Shown: positions 12,520-27,273 of the stretch, in pieces
Position numbering within the stretch: the first letter of the stretch is position 1
How the letters are laid out: each line of letters begins with the position of its first letter
DNA from: Paramecium tetraurelia
Taxonomy: Eukaryota
Assembly (NCBI GenBank): GCA_000165425.1
Contig: CT868119.1
Coordinates: 186,001-250,000 of the forward strand
Direction of reading: 5' to 3'
Length of the DNA stretch: 64,000 bases
Translations under genes and position numbers: made by a program
The notes under the pieces: model-generated
Database searches by the model: none
What the model was told of the DNA's origin: nothing
The model's input: only the letters and a program-made list of their open reading frames with translations

Positions 12520-15500
12520 ATGGATAACTATTTAAGTAGTATATTTGTTGCTAGTTATTGAATCTAAAGAATTTTATATTACATATATTATAGACCTAAT
12601 ATTATTGAGAAAACCGAACTCTAAAAGACAGATTCATTAAAGTATATATATATTTTTAACTATAGAACATATATATATAAATCAAATAAAAATATAAATC
12701 AACAAGCAGAGGCAATTTTTAATAATTGAACTCAGCGTTCTACAAGAAAATTAAGATTGTCAAATTAATTTAAACATTTAAGATATTTTTACTATCTTTC
12801 AGAATTTAATAATATAAACTATTTCAATTAATTAATCTTATAAAAAAAGAACTGTTCAAATTTCTCAATTTAAATAAGATTAGATCATAGTAACTAGAAA
12901 TTGAGATCTAGCTTCTCTATAGTTATTTAATTTTGCTACTTATTGTTTTTATAAGTTTGTTTGGATTCTATGCTATATAACTATTTAGTTTATAAATATA
13001 TATTCTATTTAGGATGAATATGATAATATTACAGGGCCTACAGCTAATGATGAGTAGAAAACATCTTATTTACTTAAGATAAATTAGTAATTCGATTAGC
13101 TATTTGCAAAATCATCAAAAATTTAATGATCTTCTTAATAATTTTAGCAGATTTGATTCAGTCAAAGAAGGCTTTGTATTTAACAAAGAGATTATGCTTA
13201 TTGTTTAATTAGCGGAAAGTCTCATCTTGTAATTTTATTAGTTTTTGTATTGTATAAAATAAATTAATAAATAAAATAAAATGATTGATAACATTGAGAA
13301 GAATGAATCTATACAAAGCTATATGAATTACTCAGAACAAAGACTGATGAATGAAGACTCTTTTTTAAAGTAGAAACAAACACAAGAGGAGGATCCTTAA
13401 GCATTCGATTAATCTGAAACTCAGTAAGTTATCATTTATGATTAAGTTCATAAAACAAATAGATTGATCCAATGTTACAACAAAATGATGAGGAATAAGA
13501 ATAAGAGATTCAACCCATTGAATTGAATCCGCTTTAAATATTCGAATCTAAGAAAATGGAAATCATATAAAATTGCTAAAAAAGCAAAACTCTCTACACT
13601 GATCCAGATTTCCCAATCAATAATAGTAGTTTATATAAAGACCCTTAAAAGCCTCCCGAATTCGCAAAGGATATCAAATCTGTTAAATGGGTCAGACCAC
13701 ATGAAATTTCTAAAGATGCTAAATTCGTTATTGATTTTGAGGGGGATTACAAATAAGGGGCTTTTGGAGAATCCTGGTTTGTAGGAGCAGTTGTTATAGT
13801 AGGACAAATCAAAAAATACAACGAAAAATAAAATAAATAAACTTAATAGTTATCTTAACAATAAATATCTTAACTTGAAAAATTGATTTTAGATTATGAT
13901 TAATTTGATGAGTGTGGTTTTGTCGCATTCCAATTCTTTAAAAATGGAGAATGGTAATAAGTCATAGTTGATACACTTCTACCTTTTGATTAAGATAGTA
14001 AATAAATATTATTTACTCAATGTGCAAATCCATCTGAATTCTGGTTGCCATTGATGGAAAAAGCTTACTGTAAGTTACACGGAAATTATGAAACTATATG
14101 TGATGGACACATTGGAGAAGGATTAGTTGATTTAACAGGAGGCATTGCTGAAATCAATAATTTAAGAGAACCATAATTAAGCAAAATGATTGAGAATGAT
14201 TAATTATGGTAAGTGTTATTGCAAACACATAAATTATAATTTTTTATGGGATGCATGAATCACAATGAAACTAAAGGAACAAAAAATGCTGATACTGGTA
14301 CTCATGGTATATTGGAAAATCATCATTATGGAATAGTAGATGTAAGAGAATTTCCTAAGGAAAAATTAAGATTGATGAGAATTAGAAATGTTTGGGGACC
14401 AGAAGGGGGATGGAATGGAGCATTTTCAGATGATTCTGAAGAGTGGGATAAACACAGAAATCTAAGAGAAGAATTGAAATTAGTATTTAAATCAAAAAAG
14501 AGTGATGGAACATGGTGGATGTCATATTAAGATTGGCATTAACATTTCAATAAATTTTATATATGTAAGGTGTTCCCAGAAAGTTGGTAATAATATGCAA
14601 TCCAAGGAAACTGGTTTGGTAAAACTTTAGGCGGTGTATGTCCTTTGAAAATGCCATCTGAAGGTTTACCAGAATACGTATAAGTAGACACTGATGAAAA
14701 GTGGTTCAACAATCCTTAATATAAAATTAAAGTGCATAAAGAGACTAAATTATATCTATCATTGATGTTAGAGGATGAAAAAATAACATAACAACCTTAT
14801 GTAGCTTGCAATCTAATGGTCATTGCTAACAAAGCAAGGCTGAGTAGAGTTTGGGAGAGACCACAAAATTAGGATATAATTATTGATATGAATCCTAAAG
14901 GAGATATGCAAGCTTAAAGAGAAATTACTCAATATTTGATATTGAAGAACTTTGAAGGGAAAACCTTTGGTAATTATATGGTTGTTCCTAATATGATTGT
15001 CAATGAAACTAGAAAAGAAGAGAAAAGAAACTTTATCTTAAGAATTTTTAGTTCTGATAAAATTGATGTGGCTGAAATGTCAGAAACATTAGAAATTCAA
15101 TAAGAAGGAAGTTGGAATGAGACATCTGCTGGTGGTAAAAGGAAATATGATAACGGCAAAGAAAATCCTAATTGGTGTAAGAATCCTTAATATTTCTTGA
15201 ATTTATCTGTTAGCACTCATTTAAAGATCATCTTAAGAAGATAGGGACAAGTTAAAAGGGCTAAAGGTACTAAAATTGGCATGACCATTTGTAGATTCGA
15301 TAAAGCACCTACTAATTCATTAAATATCATCAAATAATAAAAAGGAGGAGGAACAAGTATTTTCATTTTATTTACTCTTTTTAGATTTAGTAAGGCTTTT
15401 AAAACAGACCTAATAACAATTGGAAGCCCCTAAAATGGTGGGAATTTAAAGAAAACTCTTAATAGGATCAAATGAAAAATTTAAATAATCTACTTACTTT

Positions 15501-16121
15501 AATGAAGATGTGGCAGCCTTATATTTCCACTTCAATCCAACTGAAGGTCCTTTCATTATAATACCATCATTAGATTAAGAGGATCGTTCTGCCAATTATA
15601 AATTAACCAGTAATTTTCATTGTTTAACTTTTATAGTTTACTCTAATTAGGAAGTAGAATTAACCAAATTGGATGAAACCAAGAATTAAGTTCATATAGG
15701 CAAATGGGAATAGGATATTTCAGATGGAGGGTGTCATCTCTACGAAGATCCTTATGAAAAAGACACTAGCAAAAGAACATGGACGATGAATCCTAAATAT
15801 TCTTTATAGTTTTTTGAGCCCATTCATATTACTATTACGCTTTGTATAGCAGAAAAGAATTGGAAGTCAAAAACAAAGAATACTGTAGGAGGTATGATTG
15901 GAGTATACTTGATTGAAAAATCAGAGAACAAGATTACAACATAATAAATTGTAAGAGTTCCTAATTTCTTACCAATCAATGAAATTTAAGAAGAATTTGA
16001 TCTCTAGCCAACTAAGAATGGTTATTATATAATGCCAACAACCTATCAATCTAAAATACATGGATAGTTTATTTTGGCAGTTTAAGGAGACAAAGAATTT
16101 ACATTATAAGCATTAAAATGA
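12520..16121 (+). CDS. Calpain-family protein: CysPc domain with catalytic Cys replaced by Ser, plus three calpain domain-III repeats
   Basis: YTDPDFP, KWVRP, QGAFGESWF, EFWLPLMEKAYCKLHGNY, GLVDLTGG, GILENHHYGI, RIRNVWG; three GxW..GG..NP(Q/K)Y repeats. The start codon is uncertain. Confidence 0.85.
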
Positions 16122-16683
16122 AATATATCCAATAAATTCTATCATAAATTTATTCTTTTATTAACTACTTTAATTATCAATTATTATCCATCATTTAATT
16201 TGACTACTTCCATATTATATCTATTTTTATGAAATACAATAATTATTATTATCACTATAAGTCTAATATTATTATAAATATAATAGTTGATTAAAAACTT
16301 CTCTTTATGGTTATTTAATTCATAAACCTTTTTGTAATTGATTTATTTGTTTTGATATATATAGATATTCTTATTCATACATAACTTAATTATATATGCT
16401 TAACTTAGATATGATTAAAAATGCAATAGTAAATTAAGCAGTTAATGAATTACTTATAAAGACTCATTATCTTTTTAATTCTCTATTAAGATTTAGTTAA
16501 AATATCTCGTATAAATACATATTAAACAATAAGAAGATGAATTTTTCATCCAAAGTGGTTGTTTTAGATTCTTCTACGATAAGAATTTTATAAATCTATA
16601 AATTTCAGGCAATCAATTGAAATTTTATCTAAATAGTATTGCATAACTAATTTAATTATAAATAAAAGTGATTTATAACACAA

Positions 16684-18158
16684 ATGAGTAACGAAGCAGT
16701 GGCAGGGTTTATAGTTACAAAAACAATATAATAAAATCCTTTGAGATATTATGATGCTAATTTCAATGATTATCGTGATAAAAACATGGTTATGTATATT
16801 TAGAAGAAATATGCGGATCTAAAAAGTAAAGTTTAAATTTCCTGTAGAACGAACTGGAGTTAAAATTTTACCAAAACAAACCTTTGCTAATACTTAATTA
16901 TAAGTGAAATTAAAGGCTTAAGAAGGCAATAAGGATTATTAAGGAAATTATGAATTGTAACCCGAAGTAGTAGAAATCATGCAAAGGGTTCTTGACAAAG
17001 AATAATTGGAAAACTTATTAAATTTTTAAGTGATACCTAAAAGATCTAAAAATTGGAAGAGAAAACCAATATCAGTTTAATAAAAATTAGCAATGTTGAT
17101 GAATGACAAGATAGAATAAGCTTAATTGGATGATCTTTATAAATGTTACAAACGGTAAAATCTGAAACAAAATGTAATTTAAAAAATGAAATTTAGCTTA
17201 AAGAAGTAAAGACATCTGCATCCATGAAAGACACAAAAGATGCAAACAAAAGTAATGGGAAACACAAAGGATATTAAAATATTGAATTAGAAGACTAGGA
17301 ACAAGTTAATTTTTTTATGAAAAAACTCTGTGAAGATCAAAATTTAAATGCTTGCACAGTTTTGGATATCTAAAATAGTAAATGTGAAGTTTAATTGTAA
17401 TTTTAGATGAATTAACTTTTAAAGAAGATTAATGTGATGAAATGGAGAGATGGAGAAACATTGTGTAGAAAAGAATCACATAAGAATAGTTATTAGAGAT
17501 CATGCGTGAAGAAGAGTTAAAACAAAATAAAGAGCTGGTCAAAATTTTCAAAGAAACAAGAATAGATTAATTTGATCCTGATTTTTATAAAAGCAAAGTC
17601 AAAATGACAACTATGAAAAGAGTCAATCAAGCATAAGATTCATAATATCATAAGTTCTTTGTTTCAACTGAAACTTAAGCTAATGGTTTAAGTTAAGAAG
17701 ATTTTAGAAGGAAAACCCAATAGTATCAATCTCCAAAAAGCCACTTCATGGAGAATTTAAGCAAAGTCTCAAGGACTACTAGACCATAGACTAGTGTTAG
17801 TAGAACACTAAAAACCTAGACAAGTATAAAGACGGAGATAGAATTTAATAAATTTTTAAAGTAATGCGATGTTGTTGAGACTAACTTCAAGAAAGAAAAG
17901 CATTTGTTGAAAGAGAAATTTAGTTCTCTTGATAATATAATGGAAAAGGCTAGCCAATACTTATCAATGGATAAACCTTAATTTGAGAGAGAACCTAATT
18001 AAGATTTTGAGAAATTTAAGAAACAAAGACAATTTAAGAAGAAATTTGTGACATATTTGATTGACAAGGTGGAAAAACAATCTGATTTATTGAGTGAAAA
18101 AATAAAGTAATCATCATCGAAATAATTCATTGAGAGAATTCTATCAGAAGAATAATGA
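16684..18158 (+). CDS. Hypothetical protein
   Basis: Code-6 ORF MSNEAVAGFIVTKTIQQNPLRYYDANF... with tiny introns, ending ERILSEEQ-TGA. Confidence 0.6.
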
Positions 18159-18200
18159 TGTATGTAAATATAAACAATTTTTTATTAATATTCAAATTAA

Positions 18201-21200
18201 TCAGAAATTAAGCTTGATATGTTTCTATAATAGATTGATATCTTCTTTAAGCAAATTTTTAAGACAGAATTTTAAATAATCTGGGTCATTCTTAATTAAG
18301 TTTTAGAAAAATTCCTTCAAGGCTTCCTAATATTAATTAAAAAAATGAAGTACCACTAAATTGATATTTAAACAAGGATCTTTAAGATAAGTTAAGTCTT
18401 CTTCAGTAGTTTCATCACATTCTTCTCCAACTTCCTAATTGAAATCTAGGAATTCACTCATATACAATGTTGACCCGGTTTCAAGATCTGCCAATCCCTT
18501 GTCCTTCTTTTCCTTTGGATCCAATGACTTAATAATGAATAAATAAATACAGCAAATCTTTCTGCTATGTCTTATTCTTCATCATCCTTGATCTTTTCAA
18601 TTTCAACATCAACTTAATCTTAAAATTAATCCTTTTTGATCACTTCATCATCATCATCGTCCGCTTCTAATCTTTCATCTTCTTGTTTGATATCATTGTT
18701 ATTTTGAGCATGAGGAGTGATTTCATTATCCAGACATCTAATCAATAAGGACAATATTTTGAAAGGGGCGTAGACATCTAAATAATAATAAATACAATAG
18801 TTATACCACTATTAATATTTTGATGACTGGGGTTGTAGCCTATAACTAATAAATTTTCTAAGGTCTTATCTTTTAATAAGAATAGTTTCATCAGAGCAGA
18901 GAAGGTAGCATTTTTTGTACCTTTTCCTCTAAACAAAGGTTATTGCAATAGCCATTTATCTATAAGGACTTTGAGAGCCATTCTGTTATCGATACTCCAT
19001 GATGTTAGGAAATTGATTGATTCTTTTGGTTTTTCAATAATCATTCTGGCATAGACCAAGACTAAAGATTAGACAGTGGATGGCATTCTAGATCTATATA
19101 TCTTGAAGACAACAGATTTTAATAAATTGATGTCTGGATTTCCATCCAATAAATTGTTTATTGTGATCATCACCAAATTTCCAGCAAATAATGAAGCTGA
19201 TTCATTAGCAGAATTCTGTGGCACTTCCAATAATTTAAGATTTACCTTCATCACATCTTAGACTAGATTCCTTAAATTAATTTATACAATTACATTTTTA
19301 GTATTTGTCCAGTTTCAATAATGATAAAGTTTTTTAGACATTAACTAGTGTGGACTTATAATTGTGGATCTTCATTAATCAGAATTAGATTGACCATAGA
19401 AGGTAATAAATTAATGAATGCTTCTTAAGCCTTGTTGTCAGAGCAATACTTGATAAAAATTGATGTAAGATGCATAATTGCACTCATTAATCCAATGTCT
19501 GTTGGTTTCATTTTACTCTTATCCTAAATCTTATTCATATCTTCATAAAACACTTAAAAGCAATCCATAATAAATGGGCAGAATACCTTATGATACTAAT
19601 ATTATAATTTACATCAAAAATATGTGGATAAGCATCTTTGCATTGACAAATCCTCATAATTAATTCATTAAATTGTTTGATGACAATTGATTCACTATGG
19701 AATATACTGAAGAAGGACAATAAAATCTTAGACCCATTCTTCGCTAAAGTAGCAGCTAGAATAGATGAAAACCTCACTAAATGAATAGTTGATTCCAAGA
19801 CATAAATAATTTGATCCTGACTAGCCTCTTGCAATACTTACAATATCAAATCCATTATTTCAGCCTTATATTGAAAGGGAATGCTGTATTTATTAATTTT
19901 TGTGGCATAACTAAAATTAAGCAAATACTTACTTTCCTAAAGCTTTTACTGATACTATTTTTAATGTAATTGGATATTAAGATTTTAGATAATTAAGGAC
20001 CGATTCAAAGAAAGGGACTAGCAATTCTTTAAATTAATGACTAATCAATTCAGAGTATTTTGTTGTACTCCAAATAGCTCTAGCTTATAGACTACTTGAA
20101 TCTAGATTGAAATTAATTAAGTTTATTACTTTTTCTTTCCAATTCTATAAGTATATTCTACATGCATTTTTTAATATCGAAGGTGCTCTCATGTTTTTAT
20201 TGGAAGACAATAATATCCTCTGAAAAACTACCTAACAATAGATATCCAGTTTCTTTTCGTTTTTAAATAAAGGATTTTAAGTAGAATTAATTAGTGACAT
20301 ATATAGCTGAACTCTTCATGAATTACATAACACTATCTTGATCAAAATCTTTAGATTGTTGTCCTTTCAATTCTTGGAAATTCAATTTTGATATAATTTG
20401 TTGAGCCAACTCAATGAACTCTTTTTCATCACGATTCAATATCAATTTCTCACCTACCATCAATATCTACTGGACAAAGGTGTCTCCATATTTTTCGATG
20501 ATGTCATTAATCAGTCTCAAAGCCAGGGTCCTAACACTTTTCTACAACAACTCCTCTTCGTCATTGAGAATGAAGTAACTAGGGTCTTTAACCCATTATC
20601 TTTCCTAATCTTTGGTAGCAATCAGGAATGTTGCCAATGTATTCAACAATGGGAAGGTACCAAACTTAATTAGGTTATATAGAGCAGGTTTAGTAACTAA
20701 GATAGTAATCAATTCAATTGAATAGGCACAAAGACCCTCAATATGATTATCATAATCATCGTCCTCATTTAAATATTTATATTCGATATCTAAATTCTAT
20801 ATTTTATAAATACCATTTTGCAAATTGATAATTCTCTAATTCGACTAAGGCAATTCTTTGGATTCTTCTGAAAACAAATTGTCAATATGTTCAGTATCAA
20901 TTTGGTATACTATGTGACCAACATATAATTATGTAATTGAATTGAAAAATTTCCAGACTGGAATCAATGACAACGACAATGATTTTCTACTGTAAACACC
21001 GAAGTCTCTAAAAACAACAATCAATATCTTCAACACTAATTTCTTGATGAATATATGTGATTTTGGAGATGTTTGCAATGCAGATAAAAATAAAGACTAA
21101 ATAATGCAAATAAGATCTTACCATCCATATTTAAAATGTAGAATCTAGACATTTGTTTACAAATGAATTATCAGTTCCATCTGCAAATGATATCGATCTA

Positions 21201-21801
21201 AACACCAAATATACTAATAAGAGGATTTTCTCTCTTAGTTTCTCATTCAATTCTGGCTGAGCAAATATACTGAAGCCCTTCTCAAGGACTGATGGGACAA
21301 TCTCTTTACATAAACCTTACTATTCACCATTGGTTTCACTCAGCCTTCCAAATAATTGCAAAAATAGCTCAAGACTTGATTCTATGGCATTAAAGTCATC
21401 CATCCAATTCAACAATTCAATCAAAGGATTAGGCCAAATATGACTTGGGTCAAGACAAATGATTTACACTATTATGGATGACTAACATTATATTTTAATT
21501 AAATTACGATTAACTCAATAATAGGCATATTTGAAACATTCATAACCAGTCCATTCAACAAGAGTTCGCGTATCACTTTTCTTGATGGCTAGATTGATTC
21601 CCATTATTCAATCAAAACCCCCTTCAACAGTATACCAATCTTCAATCTTATTTCGACTGGATATTCAGGAGACACCATCATTTTAGTACTCTCGACCATA
21701 AAATTGGGATACGCAGTATGAAGGATTTCATATGCATTTTACAAATTTTCTAACGCTTACACAAAGACTTAAAGAGTTATTTCTGGTGTAGCTTCAGCCA
21801 T
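18201..21801 (-). CDS. IPO9: Importin-9 / Kap114-like karyopherin beta
   Basis: N-terminal IBN_N-like region (IRLKIGILLKGVLIEQW); C-terminal TVQSLVLVYARM, WLLQQPLFRG and PFKILSLLIRCL plus an acidic loop, all typical of importin-9. Confidence 0.75.
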
Positions 21802-21936
21802 TTTAAATTTTATATAATATATATTATTTATTTCTTGATCTAACAATCGCTAATATATGCTTTTCACTTTCCCTGTGTTTATGCAACTCTCCTGAACAAT
21901 ATTATTCAAGACCTTCTTTTTCTAATATTAATTAAT

Positions 21937-22719
21937 ATGATGATCTATTTCTTATACTTTGAGAATTTAATAATATTCTCAAATAATATCATATTAAAAA
22001 GATAAAAGTACATTCGGAATCATTTAAGAATCCGATTAGAATTCTTTTTGTTTTCCCCTCAAATGTCAGATGGGCTGCTTCATCTATATATTTACAGCTA
22101 CCAAACTTCTACCAGGAACACTATTCAAAGTGTTTCTTGATCCAAAAGGAAGAGTATTATTGGGCAAATTATTTTAATTTTACATTAATCCCATTGATAA
22201 TACAATTTTGGTCATTGTTTATAACCAACAATATTTTGCCTTTAGTGGTTAGGGGAATATTGTATATTTACCTTATCTCTATTGTATTGGAGGATGGTAC
22301 TTGGGGGATTTTGTGTAAAATAGTTAAACCATTTATCTGATATTCATCAAATTATATTACATTTGACTTCATTGTATATGTACAGAGATTCTAATTGGCG
22401 AAATGATGGATACAGAAAACTTGGAGATTAAGCAATAATATGGAATCAAAAACCCTAGCAGAATAAAATAAATTATTAATTAGTGGATGGTGGGGTCTAG
22501 GAAGACATCTCAATTACTCAAGAGAAACTTTGTTTTATCTGTCTATTGCTATGTATGGAGAATTCAAAGCTTTAAACCATTATATCTTACCACTAAGCTT
22601 ATTTTGCCTACTAACATAGGGCTACAAGAGATGATAAGCGTTGCAGAGAAAAATAAGGTAAATTATGGTAAGACTATTTTTAAATATCTAAATTTAAGAT
22701 AACCCTATTCACAATTTGA
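21937..22719 (+). pseudogene. Degenerate sterol reductase (ERG4/ERG24/DHCR7 family)
   Basis: Family motifs fall in different frames: GNIVYLPYLY, YMYRDSNW..IWNQKP, LLISGWWGLGRHLNY, HRATRDDKRCREKQGKLWQDY. Frameshifts and internal TGA are not explained by introns. Confidence 0.75.
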
Positions 22720-22802
22720 ATGATCATTATTATTAATTATTATATGTATCATATTTATTATCAATTTTATAAAACAATTTTTTTATTTATCCTATTGTAG
22801 TG

Positions 22803-25373
22803 TCATTTTTAGATTTTTTTAAACTATTTTTATATACTTAAGTCTTTAAACTAAGTACAGATGGTCTTTACCAAATTTCTGATAATTATTTTGTCATCTG
22901 ACAATTCGTTAGTAATTTCAATGCTCTTATGATCAATTATGGTTCTGAGATCTGTTCCTTACTGGGGATAATTGGAATATTTTCCCCATCTTGAACTTTT
23001 ATTTTTTTAATAAGTAACTTACTCTCTACTTAATCAGTTATTTCTACTCTGTTCAATTCCATTTAATTAGTTAAATATTCTTATAATCGATAATTCTTAT
23101 TAATTTAAAGACTGAATTTCTGAGTTTTATTTTTTATTCCTAAGTATGTGATTAATTCTGGTAAAGGAACCTCATTGTCAATCAAAGTAATTAATCCAGA
23201 TAATATAAATACTTTCAAACCTTCTTTATCTAATTTTTTTGACTATGGCATTTGTTATTTTTACATACTTGTTATTTATCTTTTTGATCTATGACTTACT
23301 TTCCTTACATCAATATTAGGACTATCCTATTAAATTTAGCAAGTGTATAATTACAAGTTTTCTATTATTTTTATTATATTTTCTAAAATAGGCTCATCAT
23401 TAATTTAAGTCTTATTAGTTCTTAATTTAGGAAGTAACACTAATTTGTCCTTCAATTATTCTTTCGCTTTTTCAATTTTCTGGTAATTCTACATCACTTA
23501 AATTAATTGGTTTTAGATGCTATCCCTTTAATTATGAACGACAGTTAGTAATTTTTCAATTAGAACAACATCTCTACCAAATTTATTGTCTAAATGAAAT
23601 TATTATAAAAAAATTTCAAAATCCTCTAATTCTTTAGTAGCCGTATCAGGCAACTCCAAAAGAGATTATAATTATACTTATTCTATTTTAATTTTCAATC
23701 GATTTTCTTATTATAAATAGGGAATTAATCTTTATTTAGAAGGCAATATTTGAACAGAATTTTAACTAATTATCTAACCTTCAACTATTTTTTCCTTATG
23801 TTTTTTGAACCACAAACAAGACAGAATTTCTGGAATAGGAATTTCCTACTCTATGGATTCAATTAAAATCAATTTTACAACTAGTTTAAGCAACCGATAA
23901 TACTTTTTTTAACATTTAATAGGCTTACTTTCATCATCAATTTCACTCTAATTATTTGAATATGTTTTATTTTTGTTTTCAATTTCATTTTTTATTTCTG
24001 CCTTTTTAGTCTCCTCATAGATCAGAAGTAGTGTCTCCAATTTTTCAATAAATTGTTAAACTATTTTAAAATGAGCATCAGATTCTTATATCCTTGATAA
24101 TCTTTTTATTTAATTTTTTAATTAAGGATATTTGACCAATTAAGTTATTTTTGATTTAAGAGATTCTTATTATTGAACTACCAAGTCTATCATACTTATT
24201 AATAGATGATATTCAGTTATTTTAATCCTTTGTTTTCCAATATTGAATTCTTAATTGCTCTTTAATTCTTCTGTATTTTCCTCCTTAATGTTTTTAGTTT
24301 CTGATTAATTTTGTTGAGCCTCATTGTATGAGTGATAATAAAATGCACATATATTCAACATATCTTGATTAGGATTAAAAGTTAAGTTCATTCCATTTCC
24401 TCTATTTTTTAATTCGGCACAAAGTATGATTTCAGGTATAGCAATTTTCTCTTAAATCAACCAATTTACAATCATCTTAATCTTCTCTTTATTCAAAGAA
24501 CTTATAACTAAGGGCTAAATCTATGGAGTTACATCAAAGCCTTCCGACTGAGTTTTTTAACCTGATAATTGTTAGGCAGTTTCTGAGCATTCTAATTTAA
24601 TGGATTTATTTCTTTAAGGATAGATGTTTAAATAGTTAGATTACAATAATTAAATTGATTAAAAGAGTTGATATTTGATTTAATTTTCAGGTAATTCAGA
24701 TTTTGTTAAATCTAAATTTAATGGAAATTAAAACTACTTGTCTTGAAATATTGATTGAAGTTCTTGATTAACTTAAGGGTTATTTATTTATTCTTAAAGC
24801 AATTCTACTTATCTTAAAAATACTTTTTAAACTTAACTCAAATGAGTTTTGAATATCTCTTTTATTAAGTGTTCATAATAGTCTGTAAAATATTCAGAAT
24901 CATTCTAATTATGATTAATAAGATCCTCGATTTATAGTTAATCAGCTATATCTTTCAGAGCTGGATTTACTGCTAATTGTTCTACCAAAATGTAGTTAGG
25001 TTGAAAGAGAAATGAGGATGGTTCATTATTATTGAAGTTTAAGGTAATATAATGAAGAGTATTTGGACATGTTATAAGGTTTAGGTTGGTGTATTTGAGT
25101 AAAATACACCCCACTTCTTAATAAACAATTTCAAATATTGATGGTTCTTCATCTTTTTAAAAAACTTCATCGTCATCAAGAAATATCTCGTCTTAATAGA
25201 CCTCCCCTTATTAATACATTATATAATGTAAAAATTATATCCAAAAATTTGCATCCAAATTTACAAATAAATAACAGGAAATTCTAAATCATTTCAAATA
25301 TCTTACTTTTTGGAATTAGATTAAAATCTCTTCTTGAGTTATCAAAGATTACTTAAATATCATTCATCTTCAT
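22803..25373 (-). CDS. Hypothetical protein (about 840 aa)
   Basis: Long code-6 ORF on the minus strand; 5' exon structure uncertain. Confidence 0.6.
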
Positions 25374-25673
25374 TTTTTGAATTCAACATCTTAATTTAAT
25401 TATAAAAATAAATAAATTTAATCTTTCGTTATCACTAATAGATGATTCCAATTTATTTTGATTTACTATTTTATCTAATCTCTTCTTAAAATCATCATAA
25501 AAATTATGTATTAAAAATATTAGAAAATCAGAAGTTAGCTTAATAATTTAGATACTCATTTGGACTTTAGAATGTTATAGATTTATTAAGTATTTAATTT
25601 TATTTCTATGTAATCATGGTAAGAAATTATAAATGAAGAATCAATTATTTTTTATAAAAATTAATATTGCAAT

Positions 25674-26264
25674 ATGAATCTAGACTACACTAAAATATAG
25701 GACAATGTCAATAAATATCGATATGGTGTGAAGATAGGTAACTATAATGAGGAAACATTTGGAATGGATGTGACTTAAGTATATTTCATTGTTAAAGATA
25801 AAATTAGAATGCTCATAAAATACCCAACAGTACAATGAAAGATACCTATGGTTTATAAAATACTTTACTTAATATGCCTAGACAATAAGAAACAGAGGCA
25901 GAGAAAGAATATTATGAATAAACAACTTTCAGTCATGGTGGGTTACAGAATCATTTATTAGTTGGTCATGGTTAATAATCCTATGTAAATAAATGAATTA
26001 AATAAATAGTTTGAAACTAGATAATTAACATCAACTTATGATCTATCGCATAATCAGCAAGTCAAACCTCAAGTGTAAATACATTCAAAATATGAACCTA
26101 ATAAAACTCAATTTTAATCACAATAAAAAAAAGTTGAAGTGACAGATAAAGTTCAACATTTAGTTCCAGATTTATAATAATCAAATTAAGAAAGACTAGT
26201 AAAAAAGAAAGAATTTACAAATACATTTAACGACAATTATAAAAAAATTCCTTTAAGAAAATGA
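25674..26264 (+). CDS. CFAP107/C1orf158-like ciliary microtubule inner protein
   Basis: KYRYGVKIGNYNEE (NWE-like motif), GLQNHLLVGHG and LTSTYDLSHN match the CFAP107 pattern; two tiny introns. Confidence 0.65.
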
Positions 26265-26657
26265 ATTTACATAGTATAAAAAATTTATGATAAATTTATA
26301 TTCATTATAAATATTAAATCATTATGAGAGATTGCTCTATAATGCTCACTCTAAGTAATGGAAATAACATATTTTTATATATATCAAGAAATTAAATTAA
26401 ATTGAATTAATATTGTAATATTATAACATAAAGAAATAGCAATTCTACATTCCAAAAATAATAAGAGATATAGAAAGTCTAATTATTATTGTAATTAGAG
26501 GCTCTAAATATGTATTAAATATTTTACAGATTCGCATATATAAAAATTGATAATAAGGAACAAAAAACATTTTATGAAGCTTTATAAACGATGATTCTAA
26601 TAATTAGAATGCAAACAGAGTAGATTTATAATATTGTACTTATGCTAAAATATTATT

Positions 26658-27273
26658 TCATTCTTCTTTATTTGGCTTTACTCTCTTTGCATTCTTTCTC
26701 TTTCTTCTTCCTTCTCTGCCTTATCCAAATGGTGAGGTGACAGCAAAGTCAACCAATTTTTCTGATTCTACTCTGACTAAAAAGGATGGAGAATTGACTA
26801 ATCTTTTTCCTACTCTAATAATAAATAAATTGTATTAAATACCTAAAGTGTCGCTATCTAATCAAAGTTCTGGCATGATGAATTGATGATGCTTGATTGC
26901 TTTTGAACACAAAGGTTTAAAGTCTTCTTTCCATCATTTTTTAAGTTGTTAAACCGAGGACATAATCCAACTTTCTCTCTTGTTCGGACAACAAACCAAA
27001 TCTAACCATTCTTCTGATTAATGCTTCTCCTTCAAATAATCTTCTTGGATCCTTTGGGTCAAGAGTCAACAATTCTCTTGCAGCCTTTCTAATTCTAGCC
27101 AAAGTGAGTTAAACTCTCCACACCTCTCTTTTGTTCTTTAATCCATACTTACCAATAATTTGCAATCTAAAAATGAATGATTATTAAAATTACTCATTGT
27201 CAAGACGTTCCTTTTCGAAAGGCTTTCTTGGTGTAGCTGAAGTCTTTGATCTATTTCTGTAATTCTTGCCCAT
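26658..27273 (-). CDS. RPS9: 40S ribosomal protein S9 (uS4)
   Basis: [66 protein letters not shown]; two tiny introns. Confidence 0.97.
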
